A stretch of DNA of 64,000 nucleotides from Acidobacteriota bacterium (GTDB lineage: Bacteria > Acidobacteriota > Thermoanaerobaculia > Multivoradales > JAGPDF01), in assembly GCA_045862895.1 (NCBI GenBank), contig BTUO01000002.1:113141-177140 (forward strand). Reading direction: 5' to 3'. The notes under the pieces were generated by a model. It ran no database searches and was not told the origin of the DNA. It worked only from the letters and a program-made list of their open reading frames with translations. Of this stretch, positions 49,041-58,302 are shown piece after piece. Positions within the stretch are counted from its first letter, which is position 1. Every line of letters begins with the position of its first letter. The position numbers were made by a program, and so were the translations under genes.

Positions 49041-50117
49041 TCAGGCGCCGCGCGGCGGCGCCCCGGCGGCGGCGCCGGCGCTCCAGTCGAAGGCGAGCTC
49101 GCCCTTGCGGGCGAGAATCGCCTCCCACCAGTCGCGGTGGTCGACGTACCAGCGCACGGTCTGCTCGAGGCCGCGCTCGAACGGCACTTCGGGACGCCAG
49201 CCGAGCTGCGTTTCGAGCTTGGCCGGCTCGATCAGGTAGCGGCGGTCGTGGTTCGGCCGATCGGGGACGTGCTCGATCCACTCTTCGGGGCGTTTACCCA
49301 GAAGGTCGAGCACCGCGCGCACGATCTCGAGGTTGGTGCGCTCGTTGCGCGCCGAGATGTCCCAGATCGGCAGCAGGCCGGGGTCGATCGCGGCGGCGGC
49401 GGGGATCTCTGGCTTCGGCGCCAGCAGGATGGCGCGGATCGCCGCGCAGTGGTCGTCGACGTGCAGCCAGTCGCGCAGCTGCAGGCCGTCGCCGTAGACC
49501 GGCACCTTCCGGCCGCGCAGCACGTGGGTGATCATCAGCGGGATCAGCTTCTCGGGGAACTGGAAGCGGCCGTAGTTGTTGGCGCAGTGGGTCATCGCGA
49601 CGTCCATCTCGCGATAGGTCTGCATGTAGGCGCGCACGAACTGGTCACCGGCCGCCTTGGCGGCTGAGTAGGGGGTCTTGGCGTTGAGCGGGCTCGACTC
49701 GGTGAAGTAGGCCGCCCCCTCCTCGAGCTCGCCGTAGACCTCGATGGTCGAGACGTGCAGGTGGCGCCGCACCGGCTCGCGGCGCGAGACCTCGAGCAGC
49801 GTCTGGGCGCCGAGCGCGTTGGTGCGCGCGAACGACGACGGGTCGACCACCGCGCGGTCGTTGTGGCTCTCGGCGGCGAAGTTGACGACGTAGTCGGGCC
49901 GGTACCGGCGCCAGACGCCGAGCATGCCGTCGAAGTCGCAGATGTCGCCGACGACGAAGCGGATGCGGTCGCGCACGGCGTCGAGGTTGGCCTCGTTGGC
50001 CGCGAACGAGAGGTTGTCGACCGCCACCACCGTCGCGTCGGGCTCGCGCTCGAGCACGTGGTGGACGAAGTTCGAGCCGATGAAGCCGCAGGCGCCGGTG
50101 ACCACCCAGGTCGTCAC
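49041..50117 (-). CDS. rfbB: dTDP-glucose 4,6-dehydratase
   Basis: TGACGFIGSNF, FAAESHND, YSAAK, NNYG..QFPEKLIP, DRPNHDRRY. Confidence 0.88.
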   Translation of the reverse strand: MTTWVVTGACGFIGSNFVHHVLEREPDATVVAVDNLSFAANEANLDAVRDRIRFVVGDICDFDGMLGVWRRYRPDYVVNFAAESHNDRAVVDPSSFARTNALGAQTLLEVSRREPVRRHLHVSTIEVYGELEEGAAYFTESSPLNAKTPYSAAKAAGDQFVRAYMQTYREMDVAMTHCANNYGRFQFPEKLIPLMITHVLRGRKVPVYGDGLQLRDWLHVDDHCAAIRAILLAPKPEIPAAAAIDPGLLPIWDISARNERTNLEIVRAVLDLLGKRPEEWIEHVPDRPNHDRRYLIEPAKLETQLGWRPEVPFERGLEQTVRWYVDHRDWWEAILARKGELAFDWSAGAAAGAPPRGA

Positions 50118-50118
50118 G

Positions 50119-51000
50119 TCAGACCTCCTCGTCGCCGTCGCTGGTGACCGCGCCCGAGCGCGCGCGCTCGATGCGGGCGAAGCGGCGCTCGAACTGGGTC
50201 ATGGCGAAACCGAGAAAATCGTCGGGCGCGAGGTCGAAGGGGATCGGGTCGTAGGCCTCGAAGATCTCTCCGACGGTCCCCATCGCGAGCGGCAGCAGCC
50301 GCTCGAACCGGTCGGAGATCGTCCGCCAGACCCGCTCGCCGTGCTCGGCGACGAGGCGCGAGAGCAGGTGGACGCCGTAGGCGATGTGGCGGGACTCGTC
50401 CTCCTTGAGCTTCTCGATCCCTGAGCGCATGCCGGGCAGGATGTCGCGCCGCTCGAGGACCGAGAAGTATCCGTGGTAGCCGGTCTCGGCGAGCACGCCC
50501 TCGACGATCATGTTGTAGGTGACCGAAGCCGCGGCCAGCGCCTCGGGCGAGCGGTCGTCGCGCAGGCGCCCGAGCGCCGACGGCAGCTCGACGTAGACCA
50601 GCTCCCGGTAACTGAGCCCGTGATAGCGGGCGAGATCGCCACGCTCGTCCGCGACTTCGTCGAGGAACCTGCGGAACAGGTCGACGTGCTTGGCCTCCTC
50701 GAACAGGAACGTCGCGAGGTAGAGCTCCTCCTCGAGCCGCTCCTCGGCCGCGATCGCCTCGATCAGCGGAACGAGGTCGAGCGCCACCGACTCCTCGCCG
50801 CCCTGGAACAGGGCGGTCAGGCGCAGCAACAGGTCGCGCTCGTCGCGGGCGAGCCCACCCCAGTCGGCCGCGTCGCGCGCGAAGTCGAGATCGGAGGGAT
50901 TCCAGACGCCACGCCGCTTGGCCTTCTCGAACAGCCGCATCGGCAGCGAGGCCCGATCGAGTCCGGAGGGCGAAGTCGTGCGCAGAACGCGCCCGGTCAT
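50119..51000 (-). CDS. R2-like ligand-binding oxidase (R2lox)
   Basis: GEESVALDL, EEAKH, YNMIVEGVLAETGY and DESRH dimetal ligands. Confidence 0.9.
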   Translation of the reverse strand: MTGRVLRTTSPSGLDRASLPMRLFEKAKRRGVWNPSDLDFARDAADWGGLARDERDLLLRLTALFQGGEESVALDLVPLIEAIAAEERLEEELYLATFLFEEAKHVDLFRRFLDEVADERGDLARYHGLSYRELVYVELPSALGRLRDDRSPEALAAASVTYNMIVEGVLAETGYHGYFSVLERRDILPGMRSGIEKLKEDESRHIAYGVHLLSRLVAEHGERVWRTISDRFERLLPLAMGTVGEIFEAYDPIPFDLAPDDFLGFAMTQFERRFARIERARSGAVTSDGDEEV

Positions 51001-51434
51001 CGCTCCTCCGCCGAGGCCAGGCGCCCCGCGCCGACGCGGCGGGCGGCGGCGAGCAACCGCTTCGCCGCGTCGAGGTGGGGGAACAGCGAAAACAGCGAGC
51101 CCTTCTCCAACCGCACGCGACCCGACATCAGCGCGGTTCCGGCTTCGAGGTCTCCCTCGAGCAGGTCGACCCAGGTCAGCGCCGGCGCGGCGAGCCGGTA
51201 GCGCGCGGCGCGATCGTCGCCGTCGAGCGCCGGCCGCACCGCGCGGGCGTTGCCGTGGGCGAGGTCGAGGAAGAGGACCCGTCCGCCGGCGACGCCGATC
51301 GACGGATCCGCTTCGAGCACGAACAGCAGCGACCCGTGCCAGTTCGCCGCGGCGCTCCGGTAGTCGGCGTCGCCCGCGAGCTCGCGCTCGAGGGCGGCCG
51401 CCCAGGCCTCCGAGAAGAGCTCGTCGCGGGTCAC
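50997..51434 (-). CDS. SCP2 sterol/lipid-binding domain protein
   Basis: LFSEAWAAA..WHG..ALMSGRVRLEKG; start/stop overlaps with both neighbours. Confidence 0.75.
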   Translation of the reverse strand: MTRDELFSEAWAAALERELAGDADYRSAAANWHGSLLFVLEADPSIGVAGGRVLFLDLAHGNARAVRPALDGDDRAARYRLAAPALTWVDLLEGDLEAGTALMSGRVRLEKGSLFSLFPHLDAAKRLLAAARRVGAGRLASAEER

Positions 51435-52522
51435 TCGACCGGCGCCCGCTTGGGGGTGATCCCCTTGCGCGTCAGCTCGTCGTCGATCACCTTGGCCAGC
51501 GTCTCGAACGGCACCGCGCCGTTGATGAAGCGACCGTTGACGAAGATGGCGGGGGTGCCGCTGACGCCGGCGCGCTGACCGTCGGCCATGTCGGCGGCGA
51601 CCTTGGCGGCGTGCTTGCCGGAGTCGAGGCAGGAGTCGAACTGCGTGGCGTCGAGGCCGAGGCCGGCGGCCTTGGCCTTGAGCTGCTCGATCGCGAGCTC
51701 GCGCTGGGCGGCGAACAGGGCGTCGTGCATCTCCCAGAACTTGCCCTGGTCGGCCGCGCACAGCGACGCCTCGGCGGCCTTCGGCGCGCGCGGGTGGATG
51801 TTGAGCGGGAACTGGCGGAAGACCACGCGCACCTGGTCGCCGTAGGTGGCGACCACCTGGTCGACGGCCGGCACCACGCGGCTGCAGAACGGGCACTCGA
51901 AGTCGGAGAACTCGATCAGCGTCACCGGGGCGCCGACCGGGCCCTTGGCCGGCGAGCCGTCGCCCTCGGCGACCTCGACCCGGTCGACGTCGAGCAGGAT
52001 GCGGGTGGCGTGCTTGACGCGCAGGGCGGCCACCAGCTCGCCGCGCAGCCGCTCGCGGCGCTCCTGGCCGAGATACTGCGCGATCTGCGGGCGGATGTTC
52101 TCGAGCGGCTGGTTGATGCGCGCCTGGTTCTCCGCGTAGAAGGCGTCGACCTCGGCGTCGGTCACCTCGCCCGCCTTGTCGTCGAGCTCGGCCTTGAGGA
52201 AAGCGTCGAGGGCGACGCCGCGCGCCGCGGCCTCGGCCTCGAGGATCCTGTCCTCGACCACGCGGTCGAGCGCCTGCTCGACCAGCGCCTTGCGCTGGCG
52301 GTCGATCTGCGCGAGCTGCGGGGCGACCAGGGCCTCGACCTCGGCGCGCGTGATCACCTTGCCGGCGACCTCGGCGAGCGGCTCCGAAGGTCCGGACGGG
52401 GTGGCGGCGGCGGTCGGCTGGGCGTCGGCGGCGCAGGCGGGGGCGGCGAGCGCGATCAGGGCCAGCGCCACGGCGGCGCCGTGGGCGCGCAGGGCATCGG
52501 AGAGACGGGGCAGCGGCTTCAT
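51431..52522 (-). CDS. DsbA-like thioredoxin-domain protein with SurA-N-like region
   Basis: FSDFECPFC, FPLNIH, GTPAIFVNG; signal peptide. Confidence 0.9.
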   Translation of the reverse strand: MKPLPRLSDALRAHGAAVALALIALAAPACAADAQPTAAATPSGPSEPLAEVAGKVITRAEVEALVAPQLAQIDRQRKALVEQALDRVVEDRILEAEAAARGVALDAFLKAELDDKAGEVTDAEVDAFYAENQARINQPLENIRPQIAQYLGQERRERLRGELVAALRVKHATRILLDVDRVEVAEGDGSPAKGPVGAPVTLIEFSDFECPFCSRVVPAVDQVVATYGDQVRVVFRQFPLNIHPRAPKAAEASLCAADQGKFWEMHDALFAAQRELAIEQLKAKAAGLGLDATQFDSCLDSGKHAAKVAADMADGQRAGVSGTPAIFVNGRFINGAVPFETLAKVIDDELTRKGITPKRAPVE

Positions 52523-52668
52523 CGGGTTCGGTCTCCTGGGCGTCGAGGTCCGGGCTCGAGCGGAGGCTCGTCGGGGGCGCCGGCACTCGACCGGCGATCC
52601 GGAACCCGGAAGCGGGCAGTCTATCGAATGGAGCGGCCCGGCGCCCTTCCGCTAGGATCGCGACGGAG

Positions 52669-53175
52669 GTGTCCCCCATGCAGCGAGGTTTCCCGGCCGC
52701 GCTTCCCGCGGCCCTGATGCTCACCGTTCTCGCCGTGCCCGCCGCCGCGAGCGTCCCGGGCTGCGACGCCCGCCAGGTCGGCGCCGGCGTCACGGTCGCC
52801 GAGACCACGCCGGTCGCCGAGATCCTCGACCGGCCCGAGTCCTTCGTCGGCCACACCGTCGCGGTCGAGGGCGAGGTCGCCGACGTCTGCCAGGCCGCCG
52901 GCTGCTGGCTCGAGATGCGCGCCGCCGACGGCCCGCGCACTCTCAAGGTCAAGGTCGAGGACGGCGTCCTGGTCTTCCCGAAGGACTCGCGCGGCAAGCG
53001 CGCCCGCGCCCAGGGCGAAGTCGAGCGGCTCGACCTCGACCGCGAGGGCTACCTCCTCCATCTCGCCCACGAAGCCCACGAGCAGGGCCGGGACTTCGAC
53101 GAGGCGACGGTCCCGGCCGAGGGGCCGTACCACGTCTACCGCATCCGCGGCACCGGCGCCGAAGTCTGCCGCTGA
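52669..53175 (+). CDS. DUF4920-like secreted protein
   Basis: Signal peptide, VEGEVADVCQAAGCW motif, HLAHE. Confidence 0.75.
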   Translation: MSPMQRGFPAALPAALMLTVLAVPAAASVPGCDARQVGAGVTVAETTPVAEILDRPESFVGHTVAVEGEVADVCQAAGCWLEMRAADGPRTLKVKVEDGVLVFPKDSRGKRARAQGEVERLDLDREGYLLHLAHEAHEQGRDFDEATVPAEGPYHVYRIRGTGAEVCR

Positions 53176-54607
53176 AGGCGGGCCCGGCGGCAAGACGCCT
53201 TCCGGCGCGCGCGCGGCCGGCGGATTCGGCGTCTTTCTGCTCTTCCTCGCGCTCTACGCCGCGGGGACGCACGGTCGCGTCTTCTCGGCCGGCAACGACG
53301 CCTCGCGCTGGGCGCACGTCGAGTCGCTGGTCGAGCGCGGCACCTCGTCGATCGCGCAATCGCGCTTCCGCGGCACCGTCGACAAGGTGGTGCTGCCCGA
53401 CGGCCGCGAGCTGTCGAACAAGCCGCCGCTGATGGCCTTCGCGGGCGCGGCGCTCTACGCGCCGCTCCACGCGGTGACCGGCTGGCGGCTGGCGGACCCG
53501 CGCACCGGCGGCCGGGCGATCTGGACCCTGACCGTGCTGCTGGTCGGCGTGCCGGCCGCCGCGACCGTCGCGCTGTTCGCCAGGGCGGTCGCGCGCGATC
53601 GCGCGTCGGGGCCGCGGACCCGTTCGCTGCTGGTCGTCGCGCTCGGCGCCGGCACCCTGGTCGCGAGCTTCTCGGGGACGCTCAACAATCACGTGCCCGC
53701 GGCGCTCGGCGTGCTGGCCGGCGTGCTCGCGGCGCTCGACGGCCGCTTCGGCCGCGCCGGACTCTGGCTCGGTCTCGCCGCGGCGATCGACCTGCTGCCG
53801 GGCGCGGGCTTCGTCCCGGTGGCGTTCGCGCTGCTGCTCGCGGCGCCCGATCGCGTGCGCGCGCTGGCACGGTTCGCCGGCGGGCTCGCCGTCGCGGCGA
53901 CGCTGTTCGTGGCCGCCAACGTCGCCACCGCCGGTTCGCCGCTGCCGCCCAAGATGCTCCCCGGGGCGGTCGACCTGTCGGCCCAGGCGGGGCCGGCGAT
54001 GGCCGGCGTCGTGCTGCCGCAGGGTCCCTTCTACGCGCTCGAGCTGCTGTTCGGCGGCCACGGCCTGTTCTCGGTCTCGCCGGTGCTGCTGGTCGGCGCA
54101 GCGGGTCTGGCGCTCGCGGTGCGCCGGCCGCCGTTCGGACCGCGCCGCTTCTGGACGTGGCTGGCGGCGGGCATCGTCCTTCAGTTCGTCGGACACGCGC
54201 TGGTCGCGGGCTCCTACGGCGGCTGGTCGTACGGCTACCGTTACCTGATCCCGATCCAGCCGCTGCTGCTGCTCGCGGCGCCGGCCGCGCTCGCCGCCCG
54301 CGCCGGGCGTCTGGCGCTCGCGGCCCTGCTGCCGCCGTCGCTGGTGTTCGCTGCGCTCGGCGCCTTTCACCCCTGGCCGCCGGCCTTCGAGCAGTCGACC
54401 GCGGGCGATCCGGTCGCGACCCTCGTCACCAACCCGATCGGCGGCAACGCCGCCGCGTGGCTCGAGCGGAATCTGCCCGGCAGCGCCGCGGCGCGCGCGG
54501 CCGGGGAGGTCTTCGTCGACCGCGATCCGGAGCTGCGCCGCCGTTACTATCGGCTCTTCTTCGGCAGCAAGGGGGACTTGGCGACCCTGCGCAGGTTCGA
54601 GCGATGA
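53162..54607 (+). CDS. Polytopic membrane protein (GT-C glycosyltransferase-like); start codon uncertain
   Basis: The frame is open and protein-like upstream of GTG53387 (FLLFLALY..NDASRWAHVESLVERGT..DKV..SNKPPL). Many TM helices and GGWSYGYRYLIP. Confidence 0.65.
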   Translation, partial: KSAAEGGPGGKTPSGARAAGGFGVFLLFLALYAAGTHGRVFSAGNDASRWAHVESLVERGTSSIAQSRFRGTVDKVVLPDGRELSNKPPLMAFAGAALYAPLHAVTGWRLADPRTGGRAIWTLTVLLVGVPAAATVALFARAVARDRASGPRTRSLLVVALGAGTLVASFSGTLNNHVPAALGVLAGVLAALDGRFGRAGLWLGLAAAIDLLPGAGFVPVAFALLLAAPDRVRALARFAGGLAVAATLFVAANVATAGSPLPPKMLPGAVDLSAQAGPAMAGVVLPQGPFYALELLFGGHGLFSVSPVLLVGAAGLALAVRRPPFGPRRFWTWLAAGIVLQFVGHALVAGSYGGWSYGYRYLIPIQPLLLLAAPAALAARAGRLALAALLPPSLVFAALGAFHPWPPAFEQSTAGDPVATLVTNPIGGNAAAWLERNLPGSAAARAAGEVFVDRDPELRRRYYRLFFGSKGDLATLRRFER

Positions 54608-55992
54608 GATCCGGCCGCGGCTGGATCGAGCGCGCGCTGGTCGAACCGGGGACCGACTGGAGCTGGCGCGGCGAGCTGACCGGTGGCGTCACCACCTTCC
54701 TCGCCACCGCCTACATCGTCGTGGTCAATCCGGCGATCCTCGCCTTCGCCGGTCTGCCCGTGGGACCGAGCACGGTGGCGACCGCGCTCGCCGCGGCGCT
54801 CGGCACGCTGCTGATGGCCCTGGTCGCGCGGCGCCCGTTCGCGGTGGCGCCGTACATGGGCGAGAACGCCTTCCTCGCCTTCGGCCTGGCGGCGCTCGGC
54901 ATCACCTGGCAGCAGCGACTGGGTGCCGTGTTCGTCGCCGGCGCCCTGTTCTTGCTGTTGACCGTCGCCGGCGTGCGGCGGTGGCTCGCGGAATCGATCT
55001 CGACCAGCCTGAAGCACGCCTTCGCGCTCGCGATCGGTCTGTTCCTGGCCGAGCTCGGGCTCTACCAGACCGGGATCGTCACCAGCGCCGTCGAGGGGAT
55101 GCCGGCCGCGGCGCTCGCTGGCGCCGAAGGGCTGTTGCGGCGGCCGGAGGTGCCGCTGCGGGTCGGAGACTGGTCGTCGACACCCGTTGCGCTGGCGCTC
55201 GGCGGCATCGCGCTCACCGCCTTCCTGGTGCTGCGCCGGGTGCGCGGCGCGATCCTGATCGGCATGCTGCCGACCGCCGCGGCGGGGATCCTGCTCGGCC
55301 TGGCGCAGCGCCCGGCGAGCTGGGTGGCGGTGCCTTTCACCGGCGAGCTCTCGCTGGCGCCGATCGCGCTCGAGCTCGACGTCGCCGGCATCCTCGAGCC
55401 ACGCCACTGGCCGGTGCTGGGCACGCTCGCGCTGATGGGCTTCCTCGACACGCTCGGCACGCTGGTCGCGCTCGGCGCCGCGGCCGGCCTGCTCGACGCG
55501 CGCGGCAACCTGCCGAAGATCGAGCGGCCGATGGCGGTCGACGCGGTGGCGTCGATGGGCAGCGCCCTGCTCGGCACCTCGACCTCGGGCGCGTACATCG
55601 AGTCGGCGGCCGGGATCCGCGACGGCGCGCGCACCGGCATCGCGGCGACCACGACCGCGCTGCTGTTCGGCGCGACCCTGTTCCTGGTGCCGGCGGCGCG
55701 CGCGCTCCAGGCGATGCCGTTCGTCTACGCGCCGGCGCTGGTGGTGGTCGGCATCCTGATGCTCTCCTCGGCGCGTCACGTCGAGTTCGACGACCTGGTC
55801 GAGGCGATCCCGGCCTTCGCCACCGTGGCGCTGACCGTCTTCACCTGGAACATCGCCAACGGTCTGGCGGCCGGGCTGGTCGCGGCGCCGCTGGCGCGCG
55901 CGGGCGCCGGGCGCTGGCGCGAGGTGCGCCCCGCCGGCTGGCTGCTGGGCGCGGTCTGCTTCGCCTATTTCCTCGGCGACTGGAGGCACTGA
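54604..55992 (+). CDS. NCS2-family (AzgA/PbuG-like) purine permease
   Basis: GGVTTFLATAYIVVVNP, APYMGENAF, YIESAAG..GARTG. Confidence 0.9.
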   Translation: MRSGRGWIERALVEPGTDWSWRGELTGGVTTFLATAYIVVVNPAILAFAGLPVGPSTVATALAAALGTLLMALVARRPFAVAPYMGENAFLAFGLAALGITWQQRLGAVFVAGALFLLLTVAGVRRWLAESISTSLKHAFALAIGLFLAELGLYQTGIVTSAVEGMPAAALAGAEGLLRRPEVPLRVGDWSSTPVALALGGIALTAFLVLRRVRGAILIGMLPTAAAGILLGLAQRPASWVAVPFTGELSLAPIALELDVAGILEPRHWPVLGTLALMGFLDTLGTLVALGAAAGLLDARGNLPKIERPMAVDAVASMGSALLGTSTSGAYIESAAGIRDGARTGIAATTTALLFGATLFLVPAARALQAMPFVYAPALVVVGILMLSSARHVEFDDLVEAIPAFATVALTVFTWNIANGLAAGLVAAPLARAGAGRWREVRPAGWLLGAVCFAYFLGDWRH

Positions 55993-55994
55993 CC

Positions 55995-56765
55995 TTGCGC
56001 GCCACGCACGTCGTTCATCTCGGCGACCGCTTCGCCGTTCTCAACAAGCCACCGGGCCTGTCGCTCGCCACGCCGCGCACCGCGCCGCACGAAGCGGTCG
56101 GGCGGCTGGTCGCGGCGCTGCCCGCCTCCGAGCGCGAAGCGCTCGCCGGCCGCGACCTCCATCTGGTCCACCGCCTCGACGAGCCGACCTCCGGCCTGGT
56201 GGTCGTCGCGCTCGACGCCGAGGAGCACCGGCGCCTGACCGCCGAGTTCGCCGGTCGGCGGGTGAACAAGATCTACCTGGCGCTGGTGTGGGGGCACCCG
56301 CGGCCGAAGCTCGCGCGCATCGACCAGTCGATGGGACCCGATCGCTCCGATCGGCGCCGGATGAAGGTCGACGCGGCGGGACGAACGGCGATCACCGACC
56401 GGCAGGTTCTGGCGGTGGCGCCGCACGTGGCGCTGGTCGCGCTCTGGCCGCGCACCGGGCGCACCCACCAGTTGCGCGTCCATCTCGCCGCGGTCGGCCA
56501 CCCGATCGTCGGCGACGACCTCTATGGCGGTCCTCGTCATCGGGCGGTGCGCGACGCGAAGACGCGCGCGGCGCTCGACCCGGGACGGGCGCTGCTCCAC
56601 GCCTGGCGGCTGGAGCTGCCGGGCTCCGAGCCGTCGCGGTTCGAGGCCCCGCTGCCGGGCGACTTCCGGGCCGCCCTGGCGGCCGCCGGCCTCCCTCTTG
56701 CGCCCCCCGAGGATCTATGGCAGGCTCCCGGCAATCTTTCTGGGCAGAACGAACACACCGCCTGA
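55995..56765 (+). CDS. RluA-family pseudouridine synthase
   Basis: NKPPGL, HRLDEPTSG, TGRTHQLRVH, GDDLYG, LHAW. Confidence 0.9.
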   Translation: MRATHVVHLGDRFAVLNKPPGLSLATPRTAPHEAVGRLVAALPASEREALAGRDLHLVHRLDEPTSGLVVVALDAEEHRRLTAEFAGRRVNKIYLALVWGHPRPKLARIDQSMGPDRSDRRRMKVDAAGRTAITDRQVLAVAPHVALVALWPRTGRTHQLRVHLAAVGHPIVGDDLYGGPRHRAVRDAKTRAALDPGRALLHAWRLELPGSEPSRFEAPLPGDFRAALAAAGLPLAPPEDLWQAPGNLSGQNEHTA

Positions 56766-56899
56766 TCTCCACCCCTCCGTGATCCGTCCTTCGTGATCCG
56801 TCTTTCCGCTTTTCATGGCCCGCTCGCGGGCCGTAACGCCCGGGGGTCATTTCCGACCGCCGGCATCATCAACGCAGCACCAGCAGCAAGGAGTAATGC

Positions 56900-57103
56900 A
56901 TGACCGAGCAGGGAACCGTCAAGTGGTTCAACAACGAGAAGGGTTACGGCTTCATCTCCCGCGAGAACGGGCCGGACGTCTTCGTCCACTACACCGCGAT
57001 CCTCTCCGAGGGCTACCGCACCCTGAACGAGGGTGACCGGGTCTCCTTCGAGGTGGTCGAGGGGCAGAAGGGCCTCCAGGCCCGGAACGTCGTCCGCCAG
57101 TAA
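56900..57103 (+). CDS. Cold-shock protein
   Basis: [21 protein letters not shown]; AGGAG RBS. Confidence 0.97.
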   Translation: MTEQGTVKWFNNEKGYGFISRENGPDVFVHYTAILSEGYRTLNEGDRVSFEVVEGQKGLQARNVVRQ

Positions 57104-57132
57104 CCTTCTTCTCTTCTGATCCGTTCCCTTCG

Positions 57133-57162
57133 CGCCCCGCTTCGGCGGGGCGTTTCGTTTTC
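57133..57162 (+). terminator. Intrinsic terminator after the cold-shock gene
   Basis: CGCCCCGC-TTCG-GCGGGGCG followed by TTTCGTTTT. Confidence 0.88.
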
Positions 57163-57179
57163 AGGGGTGTGGTCGCAGG

Positions 57180-58262
57180 TCAACCGCGGAGTCCCGGAGG
57201 AATCTCCTTGAGGTAGACGTCGCGCTTGGCGAAGGGGATCTCGATGGCATCCAGGGAAAAACGCTTGTAGATCGCCGTGTTCAGCGCGTCGAGAATGCGG
57301 CCCCGGTCCATGGGCTGTTCGATCCAGGCGAGCAGCTCGAATTCGAGGCCCGACTCGCCGAAGGCGCGGAAGCGGGCGCGCGGCGCCGGGTCGGCGCAGA
57401 CGTCGGGATCGGCGGCGCCGATCTCCTCGAGCACGCGGCGCACCTGGTCGACGTCGCTGCCATAGGCGACGCCGACCGGGACGCGCAGCCGCAGCTTCGT
57501 CCAGCGTCCACCACTCTCGTTGATGATCTTGGCGTTTCCCATCACGGCGTTGGGGATGGTGACCTCCACGTCGTCGCGGGTCAGCAGCCGGGTGGAACGG
57601 AGGCCGACGTGCGTCACCTGGCCGCGCTCGCCGCTGTCGAGGCGGATGAAATCACCGAGCTTGTAAGGCGCGTCGCTGAGGATGAAGAAGCCGGAGAAGA
57701 GGTTGGCGAGGGAGTCCTTGGCCGCGAAGCCGATGGCGATACCGACGATTCCGGCCGAAGCGAGCCAAGCGGTGACGTCGATACCCCAGGCGACGAACAG
57801 GAAGTAGACCCCGGCGCCGACCAGGACGATGTTGGCCAGGTTGCGCAAGAGAGGCGCGGTACGCTCCGCGCCGAAGCGCGACCGCGAGCTCGCGGCGTCG
57901 AGCAGGACGGCGGCGAGCCGAGTTCCGGCGATCGTCCAGATCGCGATGGCGATCGTCGCGAGGACGTTGACGGTCAACGCGGTGAGATCGAGCGCTCCGT
58001 TCTGGAGCAGCTCCGAGGGATCGATCCGCAATGCCGCGAGCGCCAGCCCGGCGAGCAGCACGCTGGAGCGGACCGGCCGACGCAGGACGACGATCGCCCG
58101 GTCGTCGAAGTCGGTCCGGGTCCGACGCGCCAGGCGCGCGAGCCCGTGCGCGAACACCAGGTCCGCGGCGAGCGCCGCCAGTGCCGCACCGGCGACGAGA
58201 ATTCCGCCCTGTACCCAACGGCTCTCGCCGAACAGCCCCCAAGCCTGCTGCCATCCGCTCAC
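57180..58262 (-). CDS. MscS-family mechanosensitive channel
   Basis: GIAIGFAAKDSLANLFSG, GLRSTRL, IPNA, VGVAYGSD. Confidence 0.92.
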   Translation of the reverse strand: MSGWQQAWGLFGESRWVQGGILVAGAALAALAADLVFAHGLARLARRTRTDFDDRAIVVLRRPVRSSVLLAGLALAALRIDPSELLQNGALDLTALTVNVLATIAIAIWTIAGTRLAAVLLDAASSRSRFGAERTAPLLRNLANIVLVGAGVYFLFVAWGIDVTAWLASAGIVGIAIGFAAKDSLANLFSGFFILSDAPYKLGDFIRLDSGERGQVTHVGLRSTRLLTRDDVEVTIPNAVMGNAKIINESGGRWTKLRLRVPVGVAYGSDVDQVRRVLEEIGAADPDVCADPAPRARFRAFGESGLEFELLAWIEQPMDRGRILDALNTAIYKRFSLDAIEIPFAKRDVYLKEIPPGLRG

Positions 58263-58302
58263 GACTCGGAACCTATCGCAGCGCCCAGGGCGGGCACCTC
58301 GC

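Noticed and set aside
50119-51000. Ribonucleotide reductase beta subunit
   Set aside because: Motifs fit R2lox and no R1 (nrdA) gene is nearby.
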